Part shown: in pieces, positions 61,987-64,000 of the stretch
Position numbering within the stretch: position 1 is the stretch's first letter
How the letters are laid out: each line of letters starts with the position of its first letter
NCBI GenBank assembly: GCA_963748015.1
Contig: CAVVHE010000005.1
Coordinates: 416,001-480,000, forward strand
From: Terriglobia bacterium
Lineage (GTDB): Bacteria; Acidobacteriota; Polarisedimenticolia; Polarisedimenticolales; JAIQFR01
Direction: 5' to 3'
DNA length: 64,000 nucleotides
The notes under the pieces: model-generated
The model's input: only the letters and a program-made list of their open reading frames with translations
Told to the model about the DNA's origin: nothing
The model's database searches: none
Program-made: the position numbers and the translations under genes

Positions 61987-62228
61987 GTCGGGCCGCTGCG
62001 CCGAGGGCGGGATGCGGCTCGGGGCGAAGCGGGAGTACGCTCCCGATGCGATGGATTTCCCGCTCGGGGGCTGCGTCGCGCGCCCGCGATGAGGCTCACC
62101 CGCAGGCTTCCGCGATGCGGTGGACGGAAGTACCCTCCTCCGCCGTCAGGTCATCGAGCAACATGCAAGAAAAGACGAGCGCTTTTTTCGCCTCCCTGGC
62201 GGAATGAGGGCTGGGAGACTCGACGAAC

Positions 62229-63743
62229 GTGACCGAGGAACGACCGCCCGAGCAACCGTCCAAATCGGCCCCAGGGTCTCCCTCGCTCCGACGGGAGATG
62301 ATCACGGGCTCCCTCTGGATGGTTGCGATGCGGTGGGGCATTCGCGGCATCGGCCTGGTCAGTACGATCGTGCTCGCGAGAGTGCTACTACCCCAAGATT
62401 TCGGTCTCGTCGCCATGGCGTCCATCATGGTGGGCCTGCTGGAGACGCTCTCCGCCTTTGGCGTGGATCTGGCGCTGATTCAGAACGCGCAGGCTGGTCG
62501 TCGTCATTTCGACACTGCCTGGACCATTCAGGTGATCCAGGGGGTCGGCATCGCCATCCTGCTCGCCGTGTCCGCGCCTCTGGCCAACGTCTATTTCCAC
62601 GAACCCAGAGTCGGAGCGCTGATTCGGTTCCTGGCCGTCGGCATGGCCATCGGCGGCTTCACCAATATCGGCGTCGTGGCCTTTCGAAAGGATCTGGATT
62701 TCAACCTGGAGTTCAAGTTCTCGATCTACAAGAAGCTCCTCTCGTTCGCGGTGACGGTCGGGCTTGCCCTGCTCTTGCGCAGTTACTGGGCGCTCGCCAC
62801 CGGAATGGTCGTGAGCCAGGCTCTCGGCGTCGTACTCAGCTATGCCATGCACCCCTACCGGCCCCGTCTCTCGCTGCAAGCCTTCCGCGAGATCTGGTCG
62901 TTCTCCCAGTGGGTCCTTGTCATCAACATCGGCAACTATTCGTACGAGAAGGGTGACGAGTTCGTCGTCGGGAGGCTGAGCGCGCCGCGGGAAATGGGCA
63001 TCTACACCGTGGCGTACGAAGTTTCGAACCTCCCGACAACGGAGCTCCTGTTTCCCATATCTCGCGCGCTGTATCCGGGTTTTGCAAAGTTGGCACCCGA
63101 GCCGGAGAGACTCTTCAAGGCTTATCTGAACGTTCTCGGCTTCATCGCGACGTTCTCTGTGGCAGCAGGCTTCGGCATCGCCGCCGTCGCCTCGGACTTG
63201 ACGAAGACGGTCCTCGGAGAGCGCTGGCTGGACGCCGTCCCCCTCATTCAATGGCTCGCCTTCTTCGGCGTGCTGCGCGCCATCTACGGGCAGGCCGGCT
63301 ACGTCCTGCTGGCATTGGGACACGTGAGAGCGCTGGCGTTGCTCACCTGGTTGCAGTTCGTCTTCCTGATTCCCGCGACAACGATTGCGGGGATGCGATT
63401 CGGCATTCTCGGTGTTGCCATCGCAAAGCTATGTACGGCCCTGGTGTTTGCCCTGCTGCTGTTCGGTGCGCTGACGCGAGTCACTTCGATACGGGTATCA
63501 CAACTCGCCCTGCAGATCTGGCGCCCTTGCGTATCGGGTGTCGCCATGTTGCTCGTTTTGCGCGCACTTCGACCGGCGTCCGTCGGGATCCCGCTGCTCA
63601 ACCTGATTCGGGACGCGGCCATCGGAGCGTCGGTCTACGCGATCGTGCTCTCCGCGCTGTGGCTTCTGACCGGACGCCCTGAAGGGACGGAGAAGCACGC
63701 CCTCGAACTGTTGAACCGGTGGCGCGACCGCCGCCGAGCATGA
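62229..63743 (+). CDS. Polysaccharide/O-antigen flippase (Wzx/WzxC-like)
   Basis: VLARVLLPQDFGLVA, ALIQ, TAWTI, F.F, MGIY..AY, LGERW; many TM helices. Confidence 0.9.
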   Translation: MTEERPPEQPSKSAPGSPSLRREMITGSLWMVAMRWGIRGIGLVSTIVLARVLLPQDFGLVAMASIMVGLLETLSAFGVDLALIQNAQAGRRHFDTAWTIQVIQGVGIAILLAVSAPLANVYFHEPRVGALIRFLAVGMAIGGFTNIGVVAFRKDLDFNLEFKFSIYKKLLSFAVTVGLALLLRSYWALATGMVVSQALGVVLSYAMHPYRPRLSLQAFREIWSFSQWVLVINIGNYSYEKGDEFVVGRLSAPREMGIYTVAYEVSNLPTTELLFPISRALYPGFAKLAPEPERLFKAYLNVLGFIATFSVAAGFGIAAVASDLTKTVLGERWLDAVPLIQWLAFFGVLRAIYGQAGYVLLALGHVRALALLTWLQFVFLIPATTIAGMRFGILGVAIAKLCTALVFALLLFGALTRVTSIRVSQLALQIWRPCVSGVAMLLVLRALRPASVGIPLLNLIRDAAIGASVYAIVLSALWLLTGRPEGTEKHALELLNRWRDRRRA

Positions 63744-63844
63744 CGAGGAAACCTGCGTTCCCTTGATCATCCCCACGGCACGCCGTCGGGCATATCCGCG
63801 TCGGGATTCCGTCGTGCGACGGCTCGCGGAGGGCCCCGCACCCC

Positions 63845-63881
63845 AAAAGAAAAGCGGCCCCCCGGAGAACCGGGGGACCGC
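63845..63881 (-). terminator. Rho-independent terminator of the minus-strand gene ending at 63915
   Basis: GCGGCCCCCCGG/CCGGGGGACCGC stem with an A-run on the + strand (U-tail on minus). Confidence 0.75.
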
Positions 63882-63914
63882 CTTGTCCGAGGGGTTCGGT
63901 CTCGGCCTGCGCCG

Positions 63915-64000
63915 CTACCGGACCCTGACGTTCAGTGGCGCCGTCGGCGGGAAGACGCCGACCGGCGTGGCCTGGGCGCGAGCCGAGGAGGAGGCGTTCC
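63915..64000 (-). CDS. C-terminus of a gene running off the window (FN3-like tail)
   Basis: ...ATPVGVFPPTAPLNVRVR-stop followed by a terminator. Confidence 0.5.
   Translation of the reverse strand, partial: NASSSARAQATPVGVFPPTAPLNVRVR

Overview
GC-rich bacterial window. Its gene content (class II RNR, sigma-54 regulators, PilT/PilZ, tricorn, S9 and M1 peptidases, Cys-rich secreted proteins) suggests an Acidobacteriota-like organism; this is an inference only. The middle (about 12-54 kb) is mostly housekeeping: gloB, nrdJ with an NrdR box, queG, a TrmJ-type methylase, rmuC, a MacAB-type exporter, glycosyltransferases, a family-5 UDG, pstB-phoU-phoB-phoR with a Pho box, cyclophilins, pilT, a dCMP deaminase and a sigma factor. 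The two ends look accessory. Left end: a signal-peptide-bearing Hcp-fold gene, a tRNA-Asn 3' fragment (att-like scar), a heavily frameshifted tricorn protease and a giant Kelch/TSP3 secreted protein. Right end: a sigma-54-promoter operon with a dockerin-like protein, a cohesin-like lipoprotein and a two-component pair, then a PqqD/HprK-related kinase/nucleotidyltransferase cassette preceded by a Tat-like Gly-rich candidate precursor, next to a polysaccharide flippase. Features the ORF track does not show: (1) six dispersed ~155-190 bp intergenic elements with a conserved branched core closed by 25-36 bp near-perfect inverted repeats that differ between copies, plus a shorter related family; (2) two paralogous 20-21 aa lysine-rich micro-ORFs (MATKKKAAKKTAKKKV...), each with its own promoter, RBS and terminator; (3) a shared C-terminal domain ending in 'CP-stop' on unrelated secreted proteins, a candidate sorting domain. 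All calls come from reading motifs by eye; no database searches were run.
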